A stretch of 64,000 bases of DNA. Source: Podarcis pityusensis. Taxonomy: Eukaryota. Below are positions 62,656 to 64,000 of the stretch, one piece after another. Position numbers and translations under genes: made by a program. Position 1 is the stretch's first letter. Each line of letters begins with the position of its first letter. The stretch is from assembly GCA_964106645.2 (NCBI GenBank), contig OZ067048.1; one strand, 5' to 3'. The notes below the pieces were generated by a model. That model was not told the DNA's origin and searched no databases. It was given only the letters and a program-made list of their open reading frames with translations.

Positions 62656-64000
62656 ATTCTGCTCCATCTTGCCAAATGGGATTATTATCCCTCTCCCACA
62701 CCCCGTACCCTGTTCCCCCACCTGAGGGCTAGTTTTGGGTGACAGGCATGTTCTTTTTAAAAAATGAAGCATAACGCATACAGTTGATTTACTTCACATC
62801 TCTCTATAAAGATTTGAGTCTGCTGTTAGTAACAACACGAGGGTGATGTTCAAGAAGAAAGAAATGTGTTGGGAAATGTTTTGGAAAATTTGATGGCCAA
62901 GATATAAAGTATAAGTGTATGCAAATTTGAGCAATGAAAAACAATTTTGAAAAATGCTTCTTCTAATTGCTGTGCTCCAGTTTAATTCTGCTATTGTTAC
63001 TGTGATGTTATTTCCTTGGGAAATATATGTTACTGTATGATATGCCCGGAACCTTGTAAGTCTTAATGCTTTTTTCTTTTTTTTACTTCTAAGGTAAACA
63101 TATCTTTAACTACTTTTTATCTTACCATTAAGACAAAGACAGCCTACTTAGTTTCTGCAGTATGCTTATAAAAACATTATTAAGCTATACTTTATAATGG
63201 GGCACCTGGCATTTCCTAAACACGGTGAGAATAGCAAAATATGGTGCTGTGCTATGAAATCTCTGTTGTGCAGTGAAATAGTGTGTCTGTAGAACTTATA
63301 AACTGATGATAATCTTCTTGCATCTTTCCCCCATCTCTATTTTTTCCTCCCTTATCACTCTGAGATGAAAAGTCTGTGGATTTATCTTGTGCCTGACATG
63401 GTTCTTCACATGACTTAAAAATAATGAATTGCAGTACTCACTGATGATTTATGATTCTCACTGACGTAATTAATGATACACATCAGTTTTTCCTCTTAAT
63501 TGAAGGAGGCACAACAATAAACTCATTCCCCAACATACATTAAAGGAGGACACAAGGCAAGGGGACATATTAGAAATGTTTATAGTTTTATATTTTTGAA
63601 TGTGAAATATGGTTAGAAATTAGATTTACATATGCTAGCTAAGCCAAAGGTTTTTTGTCTAGTTTTTTGTTTTAGGAAAATGAATACTGCTGATGTAAAC
63701 ATAAATTGAATACTGCAATGTGTTGGGCCTTTTCCCAAATCTCCAAATAAAACAGTGTTCAGAGGTGTGTATGTGTATATGCATCTGTGAGTCAGGAGGT
63801 GGAACAGTTTTATTTTTTATTTTTTAAAATTCTCTCCTTTTTAAAATGTAAAACTCGAAGCCAAAAACATCGTATTTCCACCTAATAGGCTTTAGATTAC
63901 AGACTACATCTTGCTTTGCTTATTCAAACTCAGTCAGATATAATAGAAATGACAATTTATTCGAGAGGTCTGACAACTGCAGACCTTCGTTGTATTGCAA

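Overview
This is AT-rich, repeat-dense vertebrate DNA. Sauria/POM-type SINEs, BovB (RTE), CR1, L2 and Penelope repeats point to a squamate, probably a lacertid lizard (inference). I found no convincing host protein-coding exon. The ORFs I could recognise are transposable-element debris: BovB, L1 ORF2, an RTE-X-like zinc knuckle and a hAT dimerisation domain. The window looks like a large intron or intergenic region with several enhancer-like motif clusters, one microexon candidate and two N gaps. The most striking observation is a pair of full-length, TSD-flanked, poly(A)-tailed retroposons with no long ORF (6039-7725 minus; 30807-33505 plus). They share 5' and 3' termini and look like internally deleted L1 derivatives. 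Their ~330-nt 5' leaders have diverged in sequence but keep four hairpins with compensatory base changes, end in a conserved splice-donor motif, and both inserted just 5' of ATCWGG. Other highlights are a minimal hammerhead-ribozyme motif in a Penelope palindrome, a tRNA-Ile-derived SINE with a GAT anticodon, hAT elements carrying LINE fragments, and a three-level nested insertion. All family assignments are by eye; no database search was run.
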